A stretch of DNA of 64,000 bases, taken from Thermoanaerobaculia bacterium (lineage in GTDB: Bacteria > Acidobacteriota > Thermoanaerobaculia > Multivoradales > Multivoraceae). Both the position numbers and the translations under genes were made by a program. Below, in pieces: positions 29,068 to 38,655 of the stretch; the stretch's first letter is position 1; each line of letters starts with the position of its first letter. The stretch is taken from the NCBI GenBank assembly GCA_963664405.1, contig OY761158.1:4192001-4256000 (forward strand), written 5' to 3'. Below the pieces are notes generated by a model, which saw nothing but the letters and a program-made list of their open reading frames with translations, was not told the origin of the DNA and did not search any database.

Positions 29068-30531
29068 ATGCCCATCATACCGTTGCAGGAACAGCACTTA
29101 GCTCCCCGGCCCACTGAGCTGGAGCACTTCGGTACCGCTCTCGGTATCTCCCGCGATGGCCGTGTCATGGTCGTCGGTACCGAGGCGCTGGCGCGCGACC
29201 CCAATCATTTGGGCGACGTCTTACAGGACCTTGCGGGACGCATCTACGTCATCATTCGCAACGACGCTCGGGCAGTGGTGGCTACCGAGCCGATCCCCGG
29301 GCCCGTGCCGCCCGACGGTCACTGGTTCGGTGCCACCGCGGCCGTTTCTCCGGATGGCGAGCAGATCATCGTCGGCGACTGGGGTACAGGCAAGGCTTGG
29401 GTCTATACGAGGCGCGGCGAACTGGGCCCCGGCAACGAATGGAATCACCCTCCGGCCGAGCTCGTACCCGACCCTCGGGTCGAAGAGAGCCATTTCGGCC
29501 ATACGGTCTCCATCGCCGATGGGCACGTTGCGGCCGTCGGCGCGCTGAACTCCTCTACCGATACGCGCGAGGCGGGGATGGCGATTGGTGGGGTCCACAT
29601 CTTCCGCGACATCACCAGACCTGACGGCGTTGAGGGCTGGCAGCAGGAAGCTCTGCTCCAGCCGCCTCCGGTAATCAACGACCAGGACCCTTGGATCTCG
29701 CACTTCGGCAAGGCGATCGAGCTCTCGGCCGATGGCGGCCGGATTTTGGTGGGATCCTTCCTTCGGCGCGACCGGGTGACTGGAGCGGGTCGCGCCTACG
29801 TCTACCGCTTTGGCGGCAATCCGATCGCCGTGAACTGGAATCTCGAAGCGACCCTGCAGGCTTCTGCGGACGAGGATTTCGACGACTTCGGGAGATCGGT
29901 TGGACTCTCGCTGAATGGGTCGACGGCCTGTGTAGGCGCCCCACGGTTTCGCGATCTCGATGTCGATCGCCGAGGCGCAGCCTTCGTCTTCCACCAGGTC
30001 CAGGGGTGGCAGCGGCCGGTGCGGTTGCAGCGAAGCGACGTCGGGGAGAGGGAAAACGAGCTGGGGATTTCGGTCTCGCTGTCCGACGCGGGTCGTTCCG
30101 CACTGGTCGGCGCTCAGGCCGTCGAGGTGGCGACGAGACTCGACAGCCACGCCGCCTACTTGTTCACCACCGATGTCGGTATCCCGTGGCGCGAGCACGC
30201 CATCCTTAGCCCTGTTCCCGAGTTGACTGCCGATGCGGAGGCGGGCCACAACGTCGCCTTGTCGAGAGATGGTGTCGAGATGGCGGTCTCCGCCCGTCGC
30301 GCTCCTGCCCCCGACGACCCCGGCCCTCCCGAGAGGGGAGCTCTGCGGTGGGCCGGCATCGTCTTTACGGGCGCCGCGCCTGGTGGTGGAGACGAGAGAC
30401 GGGAGAGGAATCAGCGCGACATCATTGATGGCGCGCGCCCGGGGCTCGGTCGCTTCGGGCGCTTCGGTCGTCTTATCGGCCGTCTCGGCCGGTGGATTCG
30501 CGGCCTGGGCCGCGGCGGTGTCAACCCCTAG
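29068..30531 (+). CDS. FG-GAP / integrin-alpha-like beta-propeller repeat protein
   Basis: About 7 repeats of FG.xvalS.DG..vG (HFGTALGISRDG, WFGATAAVSPDG, HFGKAIELSADG, DFGRSVGLS...). Start uncertain. Confidence 0.8.
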   Translation: MPIIPLQEQHLAPRPTELEHFGTALGISRDGRVMVVGTEALARDPNHLGDVLQDLAGRIYVIIRNDARAVVATEPIPGPVPPDGHWFGATAAVSPDGEQIIVGDWGTGKAWVYTRRGELGPGNEWNHPPAELVPDPRVEESHFGHTVSIADGHVAAVGALNSSTDTREAGMAIGGVHIFRDITRPDGVEGWQQEALLQPPPVINDQDPWISHFGKAIELSADGGRILVGSFLRRDRVTGAGRAYVYRFGGNPIAVNWNLEATLQASADEDFDDFGRSVGLSLNGSTACVGAPRFRDLDVDRRGAAFVFHQVQGWQRPVRLQRSDVGERENELGISVSLSDAGRSALVGAQAVEVATRLDSHAAYLFTTDVGIPWREHAILSPVPELTADAEAGHNVALSRDGVEMAVSARRAPAPDDPGPPERGALRWAGIVFTGAAPGGGDERRERNQRDIIDGARPGLGRFGRFGRLIGRLGRWIRGLGRGGVNP

Positions 30532-30694
30532 TGTCCTGTATCAGTGGTTCGTTGCATAAATCGCGGAGTCATTTTGGGTGCTGCCAAGGCGCTACGACGA
30601 AGGTATATTGGGCAATATTGCGAGGAGGAGCAACGACGGCAGCGCGCAAAAGGGCCAGCGAGTTGTGTGACGAACTACTGATACAGGACACTGG
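30528..30694. mobile_element. 163-bp palindromic MITE
   Basis: Terminal IRs TGTCCTGTATCAGTGGTTCGT / ACGAACTACTGATACAGGACA, flanked by CTAG and CTGG. Internal imperfect palindrome. Confidence 0.88.
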
Positions 30695-30733
30695 TCCGGG
30701 TCCTCTGGAAGCAGGTGGGCGACGACCGTGCGC

Positions 30734-31711
30734 TCACTCGTTTCGAGGCATCAGGTAACGCTCGAGGAACGGCAGCAGGCGCGCGAGAAACTCCTGGTTC
30801 TCGGCCGGGTCGTAGGGGACGCCGAAGTCGCCCTGGGCAGAGCTACCCCAATAGAAGCCGTGGGGTCCTTTTGGCGGAAAGAAAGTCTCGACAGTCTTTC
30901 CGCCCTTCTTCAGGGTGGTGGCAAGACTCTTGGTGAAGCTGACAGGGACCGACGCGTCCTGCTCACCGTGTACCAGGAGCACTGGGCATCGGAGCTGATC
31001 GGCTCGACTCATAGGGCTCGAGCTTCTATAGCGGTCGGGAGCTTCACTCGGCGTGCCCCCGAGCTGGTGTGCGACCTCCTGCATATAGGTGTTCCCGACC
31101 GAGATTCGTCCAGGGGGCAGCTTCCGCTGGTGATACGGTGCGCTTCCGCAATGCTCGTAGAGCGCGCCGAGGTCGTGGAGGCCTGAGCACGGAATCGCTG
31201 CCTGAATGTCGACCCGAGTGGCGAGCTCGAAGGCTAGCTTGCCGCCGTGGCTGCCGCCGATGACGGCGATGGCGTCGGGCCGGACGTAGGGCAGCCGCTT
31301 CAGGTACTCGTACGCCGCGACCACGTCTTCGTACTCGGTGACCCAGTCCTTCGCCCGGTAGTCGGTGCTGAGCAGGGCGTAACCGGCGGCTACGAGCGCG
31401 TCAGCCGGGGTGGTGCTCAAGGTGCCGCGCGTGGCGGCGAAGTTGCCGCCGAAACCGCCGTGGATCATCAACACCCCTGGAAAGGGGCCGTCCCCCGGAG
31501 GCTTACGGATCGCGCCATAGATCAGAAGCCCGGTGGGGCTTCGCATCAGAGTGTCGAAGGTCTGCGAGCCGTCGTCCAGCGTGCGTGAAGAAAAGTCGAA
31601 GCGCTCGACGATCTCTTCGGCGTTGAGCAGCGCTGCAGGAAAGGCGCTGCACAAGAGCGCTACCGCCGTCAGCGCCTGCACGGCCCGTCGGCCGAGTGGG
31701 ATGGTCTTCAT
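30734..31711 (-). CDS. Secreted S9-family alpha/beta hydrolase
   Basis: Signal peptide; IHGG, GGSHGG nucleophile elbow, HGEQD, PHGF. Confidence 0.87.
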   Translation of the reverse strand: MKTIPLGRRAVQALTAVALLCSAFPAALLNAEEIVERFDFSSRTLDDGSQTFDTLMRSPTGLLIYGAIRKPPGDGPFPGVLMIHGGFGGNFAATRGTLSTTPADALVAAGYALLSTDYRAKDWVTEYEDVVAAYEYLKRLPYVRPDAIAVIGGSHGGKLAFELATRVDIQAAIPCSGLHDLGALYEHCGSAPYHQRKLPPGRISVGNTYMQEVAHQLGGTPSEAPDRYRSSSPMSRADQLRCPVLLVHGEQDASVPVSFTKSLATTLKKGGKTVETFFPPKGPHGFYWGSSAQGDFGVPYDPAENQEFLARLLPFLERYLMPRNE

Positions 31712-31829
31712 TGTTGCCTCCCGATGCTGAGTTTATTTCTCATCGAAGATGTTATCCCCGATTTCAGGGGCGAGACCGGTTCGGAGATCGGCGCCGTAGC
31801 CTGGTGAAAGAGGGTAGTGTTGAGAGAGC

Positions 31830-32783
31830 ATGCCGCCCGCCAACATTCCGCCGAACTTAGACATCACCGTTCGCGTGGGTTGCAGCCTCGTCTACGAGGT
31901 CACGGGTGCGGCTTCACTGCTTCTCAAGGTGAATCTCGGTCCGAATCGCAGCGCCTCTGTACTCTCCGAGGCGCTGTCGCTCGGCGACAACCTACCGGCA
32001 GCGGAATTTACCGACAGCCACGGAAACGAGCTTCGTCGCCTGACGCTTGCGCCTGGCGTAAATTGCGTCCGGCACGACGCGATCGTGGCGGTCTCGTCGA
32101 AGGCCGACAACGAGGACCTTCCCGTCACGGTGCCGGAAGCGCCCGGTGATCTCCCGGCTTCGTTGCTTCGCTACACCCTTCCCAGCCGATATTGCGACTC
32201 CGACAAGCTCACCGACTTCGCCTGGGAGAAATTCGGTCACATCGAACATGGAATACCGCGGGTTCAGGCCATCAGCCTTTGGATTCACGAGAATATCGAG
32301 TATCGGTACCTGTCGGGCAGACCTGATCTCTCCGCCTGGGACATCTTGCAGCGCGGCTATGGCGTTTGCCGTGATTTCGCGCATCTCGCCATCGCGCTCA
32401 ACCGCACCTTCAACCTCCCCGCGCGCTATGTAACGGGCCATCTACCCGACATCGGCTTCCCCGACCCCGAGAACCACATGGATTTCCACGCCTACGGGGA
32501 GGTCTACGTTGGAGGAACATGGTTCACGACCGACGCTCGCTTCCACATCCCGCGCATCGGTCGGCTCAGAATCTCCTGCGGCCTAGATGCTGTGGATGGT
32601 GCGTTCTCGACGATCTACGGCGGCGCGACGATGACGTATTTTCAGGTGTGGGCCTACCAGGTGGCACGGGGATCGGTGGGTGTAGGTGACCCGATCGATC
32701 TCTCAGCCAGCGTCTTGACAACGAGCGGACGGTACGCTCTGACAAGGCCTGAAGCGGTGTTGCCGAATCATGGCCGGAGTTGA
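31830..32783 (+). CDS. Transglutaminase-like protein (possible frameshift near the 3' end)
   Basis: PSRYCDSD, GVCRDFAHL, PARYVTG, DFHA, GLDAVD. Confidence 0.88.
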   Translation: MPPANIPPNLDITVRVGCSLVYEVTGAASLLLKVNLGPNRSASVLSEALSLGDNLPAAEFTDSHGNELRRLTLAPGVNCVRHDAIVAVSSKADNEDLPVTVPEAPGDLPASLLRYTLPSRYCDSDKLTDFAWEKFGHIEHGIPRVQAISLWIHENIEYRYLSGRPDLSAWDILQRGYGVCRDFAHLAIALNRTFNLPARYVTGHLPDIGFPDPENHMDFHAYGEVYVGGTWFTTDARFHIPRIGRLRISCGLDAVDGAFSTIYGGATMTYFQVWAYQVARGSVGVGDPIDLSASVLTTSGRYALTRPEAVLPNHGRS

Positions 32784-34410
32784 ATCAGCGCAGTCCGACG
32801 TTCACTTCGACGCCGTCGTTGTCGGAGCGGGATTTGCCGGCCTCTACATGCTCTACCGGCTCCGCCAGCAGGGCCTTCGAGTGCGAGTCTTCGAAGCAGG
32901 AACGGGAGTGGGAGGTACCTGGTACTGGAATCGCTATCCCGGGGCTCGCTGCGACGTCGAAAGCATGGAGTACTCCTTCGGCTTCGACGAAGAGCTGCAA
33001 CAGGAGTGGGAGTGGAGAGAGCGTTATGCCGGACAGCCCGAGATCTTGCGCTACGCCAACCACGTTGCCGATCGCTTCGAGCTACGCTGTGACATCGAGC
33101 TCGAGACTCGAGTCGAGGCGGCCCACTTCATCGAGAGCAATGGGATTTGGCAGTTGCGTACGACTTCCGAGAACGGCCGGGCGGTGTGGACGGCCCAGTT
33201 CTGCATCATGGCCACCGGTTGTCTGTCGTCCGCAAACACTCCAGACTTCGAGGGCCTTGGCGACTTCAAGGGAGATCTGCTCCACACCGGCCACTGGCCC
33301 AAGGAGGAGCCGGATCTGAGTGATCGCAGAGTCGGGATCATCGGCACCGGCTCCTCAGCGATTCAAGCCATACCCATCCTCGCCGAGCGATGCGGCGAGC
33401 TCTTTGTCTTCCAGCGCACAGCGAATTACAGCATTCCGGCTCGCAATCACCCGCTCGATCCCGAAGAGCAGGCCGCGATCAAGGCGACCTACTCCGAGTT
33501 CCGCGAAGCCAACAAGAGGATGTCGTCGGGCTTTGGTTCGAAACGCCGATTAGGCGATCGTTCGGCGCTCGAGGTGAGCGGCAAGGAGCGCGACGAGGAG
33601 TTCGAACAGCGATGGGAGGAAGGCGGATTCGGTTTCCTCGGCGGTTACACTGATTTCCTGGTCAATGAGGATTCGAACCAGCTGGCCGCGGAGTGGGTTC
33701 GTGGTCGCATCCGCGAGATCGTAAGAGACCCACAGGTCGCGGACCTTCTCTGCCCTGAACAGGTGATCGGTTGTAAGCGCATCTGTCTCGACACCGGATA
33801 CTTCGAGACCTTCAACCGCGACAACGTCCACCTGGTCGATGTGAGCGGTACGGCGATCGAGAGGATCACGCCGAGGGGCGTGGTCGCCGGCGGCCGAGGC
33901 TTCGAGCTCGACACGCTGATACTGGCCACCGGCTTCGATGCCATGACCGGCACACTGCTACGAATCGATGTTCGCGGACGCGGCGGAAGGACTCTGGGGG
34001 AAAAGTGGGAGGAGGGCCCGAAGACCTATCTGGGTCTGGGGATCGAGGGCTTTCCGAATCTCTTCACGATCACCGGCCCCGGCAGTCCCTCCGTGCTCAC
34101 CAATATGATCGTATCGATCGAGCAGCATGTGGAGTGGATCGATGAGTGCATCGGCTTCCTACGCCTCCATGGGCACCAGACCATAGAGGCGACTCGCCAG
34201 GCGGAAGAGGAGTGGGTGGATCACGTCAATGGCCTCGCGGCCCGAACCCTCTACCCGACTTGCAACTCCTGGTACCTCGGCGCCAACATCCCCGGCAAGC
34301 CACGGGTCTTCATGCCGCACATCGGCTTCCCGCCCTACGTGGAGAAGTGCAACGAGGTGGCTTCGAGGGGCTACGAAGGCTTCGAGCTGGGGTCTCCTAG
34401 CTTCGGATAG
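32770..34410 (+). CDS. Baeyer-Villiger monooxygenase (CHMO/PAMO-like)
   Basis: GAGFAG, GGTWYWNRYPGARCD, BVMO motif FKGDLLHTGHWP, GTGSS, ATGFD. Confidence 0.95.
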   Translation: MAGVESAQSDVHFDAVVVGAGFAGLYMLYRLRQQGLRVRVFEAGTGVGGTWYWNRYPGARCDVESMEYSFGFDEELQQEWEWRERYAGQPEILRYANHVADRFELRCDIELETRVEAAHFIESNGIWQLRTTSENGRAVWTAQFCIMATGCLSSANTPDFEGLGDFKGDLLHTGHWPKEEPDLSDRRVGIIGTGSSAIQAIPILAERCGELFVFQRTANYSIPARNHPLDPEEQAAIKATYSEFREANKRMSSGFGSKRRLGDRSALEVSGKERDEEFEQRWEEGGFGFLGGYTDFLVNEDSNQLAAEWVRGRIREIVRDPQVADLLCPEQVIGCKRICLDTGYFETFNRDNVHLVDVSGTAIERITPRGVVAGGRGFELDTLILATGFDAMTGTLLRIDVRGRGGRTLGEKWEEGPKTYLGLGIEGFPNLFTITGPGSPSVLTNMIVSIEQHVEWIDECIGFLRLHGHQTIEATRQAEEEWVDHVNGLAARTLYPTCNSWYLGANIPGKPRVFMPHIGFPPYVEKCNEVASRGYEGFELGSPSFG

Positions 34411-34433
34411 GCGCTGAGTACGGGCCCCGGCCC

Positions 34434-35315
34434 TCAGTCAGGATTCTCGAGGCGGTAGTAGATTCTTTCGATCGTCAGCGCGCTCACACCTACGTTCTTG
34501 ATGGGGATCCCGGTGTGGTTGGTCAGGTCGAGGGTCTTCAGATTCTCCAGAGTCTGGGGCCACTCATCGACGAATCCGTCACCCAGGAATGACGGACCAC
34601 CCAAGGCCATGTCGCCGGTGAAGACCAGCTTGTCCTGGGGAAAATAGACGGCAACGTCGCCCCCGGTGTGGGCTCGCCCGAGGAAGATGATCTGAATCTC
34701 TCGCCCCGCTCGATAGAGCGTCAACCGATCGCTGAGGGTCACGGAGGGGGGTAGTGGATCGATCTCATCGAAGTCCTTGACGTGCGCCGAGAACATCGCG
34801 AGATAGGTCTCGAGCTCTTCACGCTCCGACGCGTCCTCCGCTGAGGCGATCTGCTGCTTCACGCGATCCAGTGTCCTGGCGTTACCTGCGAGACCGCTCC
34901 GATAGGTGGGCTCGTCGAGTGATCCGGTAGCCAGCCTCAGATAGGTGAACTCATGTCCGATGATCGGGACGTCGGCAAACTCCTGATTCCCGTGGGCATG
35001 GTCCCAATGGTGATGAGAGTTGATGAGAGCGCTGACGGGCTTTGTAGTGATCGCTTTGATCGACTCGATGAGCTGCCTGGCCTTCGCTGGAGTTACATGC
35101 GAGTCCACCACCACGACATCGTCGTCATTGACGACGACAAGCGAGTTGCTGTTGAACACCTGCGCCGTCGTCTGGGCGAGGTAAATCCCGTTCCTGACTT
35201 CACTGAAGCGGTGGGTCTCGGTGGTGATCGGATCCGCCGCGTGGAGTGGCCCGGCGGTCAAACACAGGGCGAATCCCAGCTTTGCGGCGCGGAATCTCAA
35301 CTGGTCTCGAGTCAT
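34434..35315 (-). CDS. Secreted MBL-fold (cyclase-like) hydrolase, probably internally deleted near the C-terminus
   Basis: NSHHHWDHAHGN, AHTGGD, FTGD. The PGHG motif expected after LKTLD is absent. Confidence 0.78.
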   Translation of the reverse strand: MTRDQLRFRAAKLGFALCLTAGPLHAADPITTETHRFSEVRNGIYLAQTTAQVFNSNSLVVVNDDDVVVVDSHVTPAKARQLIESIKAITTKPVSALINSHHHWDHAHGNQEFADVPIIGHEFTYLRLATGSLDEPTYRSGLAGNARTLDRVKQQIASAEDASEREELETYLAMFSAHVKDFDEIDPLPPSVTLSDRLTLYRAGREIQIIFLGRAHTGGDVAVYFPQDKLVFTGDMALGGPSFLGDGFVDEWPQTLENLKTLDLTNHTGIPIKNVGVSALTIERIYYRLENPD

Positions 35316-35410
35316 CGAGTGTCTTCTCCTTGAAGTGGGGGTCAGGGACTCGCGAGAGTGTACTCTTAGATCTCGGGCGAGTCCGGCAGACCGACGAGGA
35401 GTGGTGGCAA

Positions 35411-36730
35411 GTGTTCGAGAGCCTTCAGCAGAGATTCGATGGGGTTTTTCGGGGCCTTCGCTCCCAGGGCCGAGTTAGTGAGGAGCATGTCCAGGCGGCG
35501 ATGCGGGAGATCCGACTCGCGCTCCTCGAAGCGGACGTCAATTTCAAAGTCGTTCGCTCGTTCGTCGAGCGCATTCGGGAGCAGGCTCTCGGAGCCGAGG
35601 TCCTCGGCAGCCTGACCGCCGACCAGCAGGTTCTCCGCATCGTTCGTGACGAGCTCTGCGCCCTTTTGGGAGAGAGCGGGGGGGAGCTCCGCCTCGAGGG
35701 AGGGCCAGCAGTCGTATTGCTTTGTGGGTTACAGGGCTCGGGTAAGACGACGACTGCGGGCAAGCTCGCCCTGCGCCTTCGTGGCCGCGGTCGCAGTCCC
35801 TTGCTGGTGGCTGCCGACCTGCAGCGCGCCGCCGCGGTCGAGCAGCTGGTGCAGGTTGGCGATGCGATCGGTGTGCCGGTACTTCGTCCCCAGGCGGGCG
35901 AGGATGTTGCGTCGCTGGCGCGGCGAGTGCTCATAGAGGCGCCGCGCGGAGGTCACGACGTTGCCATCATCGATACCGCTGGGCGTCTTCATATCGACGA
36001 GGAGCTGATGACTGAGCTCGGCGCAGTGGTTGCTGCGACACGGCCCGCCGAAACGCTACTCGTAGCCGACGCCATGACGGGTCAAGACGCGGTGCGCAGC
36101 GCCGGCGACTTTGCCGCCGCGATCTCGCTGAGTGGAGTCATCTTGACCAAGCTCGACGGTGACGCGCGAGGGGGCGCCGCACTCTCCGTGCGTAGCGTGA
36201 CCGGAGTGCCGATTCGCTACGTCGGGGTCGGAGAGCGGTCCGAGGAGCTCGAGGTCTTCGAGCCTGAGCGAATGGCGTCGCGCATCCTCGGCATGGGCGA
36301 CGTGCTTTCGCTCTTGGAAAAGGCGGAGAGCGCCCTCGACGGAGCGGAGACTGAACGCCTCGCCAAGCGGATCGCTCGCCGCGAGTTCACTCTGGATGAT
36401 CTCTTGGATCAGCTTCGCCAACTGCGCCGCATGGGTCCGCTCTCCCAGCTAGTGGATCTGCTACCGCGCCGGGGGCCTCTGCGCGGCGTCGACACCGGCG
36501 ATATGGACGAGTCTCGGCTGACCCAGATCCAGGCCATCATCTCCTCCATGACTCCGAAGGAGCGAGCCCGTCCCCAGCTCTTGAACGCGAGCCGGAAGCG
36601 AAGGGTCGCGCGCGGTTCCGGGACCCGGGTTCAGGATGTGAACCAGCTGTTGAAGCAGTATCGTGAGATGCGGCGGATGATGAAGCGAATGAAGGGCAAT
36701 TGGCTCAGTCAGGCGATGGGTGGCCGCTAG
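35411..36730 (+). CDS. ffh: Signal recognition particle protein
   Basis: ALLEADV, GLQGSGKTT, DTAGR, TKLDGDARGG, M domain. Start at GTG 35411. Confidence 0.97.
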   Translation: MFESLQQRFDGVFRGLRSQGRVSEEHVQAAMREIRLALLEADVNFKVVRSFVERIREQALGAEVLGSLTADQQVLRIVRDELCALLGESGGELRLEGGPAVVLLCGLQGSGKTTTAGKLALRLRGRGRSPLLVAADLQRAAAVEQLVQVGDAIGVPVLRPQAGEDVASLARRVLIEAPRGGHDVAIIDTAGRLHIDEELMTELGAVVAATRPAETLLVADAMTGQDAVRSAGDFAAAISLSGVILTKLDGDARGGAALSVRSVTGVPIRYVGVGERSEELEVFEPERMASRILGMGDVLSLLEKAESALDGAETERLAKRIARREFTLDDLLDQLRQLRRMGPLSQLVDLLPRRGPLRGVDTGDMDESRLTQIQAIISSMTPKERARPQLLNASRKRRVARGSGTRVQDVNQLLKQYREMRRMMKRMKGNWLSQAMGGR

Positions 36731-36816
36731 ATGTACTTGGTGCGAGTTTCTGGTAGAGTCGCCAGCCCTCGCGACCTCTGTAGAGTGCCGCGTTCCAAGT
36801 TCAGGAGGTTAGACGC

Positions 36817-37077
36817 ATGGTCAGGATTCGGCTGCGCCGGATGGGTTCTCGCAACCGGCCGTTTTACAGAGTGGTGGTTTCGGATTCTCGTCGGGTGCCC
36901 ACCTCGCCGGCACTCGAAGAGATCGGCTATTACGACCCTTTGAAAAAGCCCGCGGTGGTGAAGATCGACCGGGAGAAGGTCGATTACTGGGTGAAGCGCG
37001 GAGCAAGGCCCTCTGCGACGGTGATGAAGCTCTTGCGCCAGACTGCGGTCGACGAGCCCGTCGAGGCGGCTTCTTAA
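36817..37077 (+). CDS. rpsP: 30S ribosomal protein S16
   Basis: MVRIRLRRMG...PFYRVVV; canonical operon position. Confidence 0.97.
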   Translation: MVRIRLRRMGSRNRPFYRVVVSDSRRVPTSPALEEIGYYDPLKKPAVVKIDREKVDYWVKRGARPSATVMKLLRQTAVDEPVEAAS

Positions 37078-37081
37078 AACC

Positions 37082-37324
37082 ATGAGCGAGCTGGAGCAGG
37101 AGCTTAGCGAGGTCGTGATGCTCCTGGTTGACGAGCCCGACCTGGTCGAGGTGGAAGAGTGCGACTTTGACGATGGCATTCACTATGAGGTCCGAGTTGC
37201 AAACGAGGATCTCGGCAAGGTCATCGGCCGCCAGGGACGCACGGTCCGCGCGCTGCGTAATCTTCTCGAGGCCCGAGCCGAGAAGGATGACACCCGCTAC
37301 TGGATCGATATTCTCGAAGATTGA
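37082..37324 (+). CDS. khpA: KH-domain RNA-binding protein
   Basis: DLGKVIGRQGRT, between rpsP and rimM. Confidence 0.9.
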   Translation: MSELEQELSEVVMLLVDEPDLVEVEECDFDDGIHYEVRVANEDLGKVIGRQGRTVRALRNLLEARAEKDDTRYWIDILED

Positions 37325-37328
37325 TTCA

Positions 37329-37862
37329 ATGTCCAAGGGGCTGCCGGAAACGGTTCTTGTCGGCAGGATCCTTCGGGCACACGGCCTTCGGGGCGACGCC
37401 GTTGTCGACGTCCTCAGCGATGTTCGAGAGCGCTTCGCCGCGGGTAGCAAGGTGTTGTTGCTTCGGCCGGAGAGAGCCGTATCGCTCGAAATCATCAGCT
37501 GCCGCCCTTTCAAGGATGTCTTTCTGGTTCGCTTCGAGGGCTGTAGCGATCGGACCGCGGTAGAGGAGATGCACGGTCTCGAGCTTGCGGTGCCGCTCTC
37601 GGAGGTGCCGCAGGCGCCCGATGGCTCTTTCTATTACTTCGAGCTCATCGGCTGCGAGTGCCGCGACAAAACGGCGGGCGAGCTCGGAGAGGTTGTCCGC
37701 GTCCTGGAGGACGGTGGGGGACTCCTTCTCGAAGTGAAGAACGGGGATCACAAGACCCTCGTTCCCTTTGTTCAATCCTTCATCCGCGACATCGACATCG
37801 CCGAGGCCGTCATCGATGTGGATCTGCCTCCTGGACTTGTCGAGATATGCGTATCGACGTGA
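37329..37862 (+). CDS. rimM: Ribosome maturation factor RimM
   Basis: VGRILRAHGLRG, FYYFELIG, LVPFV. Confidence 0.93.
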   Translation: MSKGLPETVLVGRILRAHGLRGDAVVDVLSDVRERFAAGSKVLLLRPERAVSLEIISCRPFKDVFLVRFEGCSDRTAVEEMHGLELAVPLSEVPQAPDGSFYYFELIGCECRDKTAGELGEVVRVLEDGGGLLLEVKNGDHKTLVPFVQSFIRDIDIAEAVIDVDLPPGLVEICVST

Positions 37863-38575
37863 TCACGATCTTTCCGGAGCTCTTTCGCCCCTTCTTGCGA
37901 ACCAGCCTGGTCGGGCGGGCCGCGGAAGCCGGGATCATCAATGTCGATATCTGCGATCTTCGCGAGTTCAGCGACGACCCCCATCACTGCGTCGATGATG
38001 AGCCTTATGGTGGCGGCGGCGGAATGGTGATGACAGCGCCTCCGTGGATTGCGGCGGTGCGCTCCCGGAGTGAGGGCCACACCCCCTGGCGTGTCCTTCT
38101 CACTCCCCAAGGTCTCCCTCTGAACGACGCCAAGGTCGAGGAGTTGGCGGCGCGGCCCCATCTGCTCTTTTTATGCGGGCGCTACGAGGGCATAGATGAA
38201 CGAGTCGCTTCCTTCGTCGTCGATGAAGAGCTTTCGATCGGCGACTACGTGCTGGCAGGCGGGGAGCTTGCGGCGATGGTGACGATCGAGGCGGTTTCGC
38301 GCTATCTTCCAGGGGTCGTGGGCCGGCCGGAGTCGGTCGAGCGCGACAGTTTTCGCGGTGGCCTTCTAGACCACCCCCACTACACCCGTCCGCGGGAGGT
38401 GGAGGGTATCGAGGTGCCGGAGGTGTTGGTTTCGGGAGACCATCGGGCCATCGATGCCTGGCGCCAGGAGCAGGCAATTCGTGCGACGAGGAGCCGACGA
38501 CCCGATCTTCTCCGTTCACCAAGGCAAGGAAAGATCGGAGCTGCAGGTTGCAACTCCGGTGACGAAGAAGGATAA
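37847..38575 (+). CDS. trmD: tRNA (guanine-N1)-methyltransferase
   Basis: MRIDVITIFP, DEPYGGGGGMV, CGRYEGIDER, SIGDYVL, YTRP. Confidence 0.97.
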   Translation: MRIDVITIFPELFRPFLRTSLVGRAAEAGIINVDICDLREFSDDPHHCVDDEPYGGGGGMVMTAPPWIAAVRSRSEGHTPWRVLLTPQGLPLNDAKVEELAARPHLLFLCGRYEGIDERVASFVVDEELSIGDYVLAGGELAAMVTIEAVSRYLPGVVGRPESVERDSFRGGLLDHPHYTRPREVEGIEVPEVLVSGDHRAIDAWRQEQAIRATRSRRPDLLRSPRQGKIGAAGCNSGDEEG

Positions 38576-38655
38576 TAGCGCCGTAGCTATAAGGTAAGCA
38601 CTTAGCCCACAGTGGGTTACAACAACAGCCAGAGATCCGGAGAGCAGGTTCCTAA

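Noticed and set aside
32690-32783. Transglutaminase/BVMO overlap as translational coupling
   Set aside because: It is more likely a dinucleotide slip in GATCTCTCAG. The alternative frame gives SQRLDNERTVRSDKA* ending at 32752, which removes the overlap. Not verified.
9300-35330. Integron cassette array or prophage as the explanation for the accessory region
   Set aside because: Gene orientations are mixed, and I found no recurring attC-like sites, integrase or phage genes.
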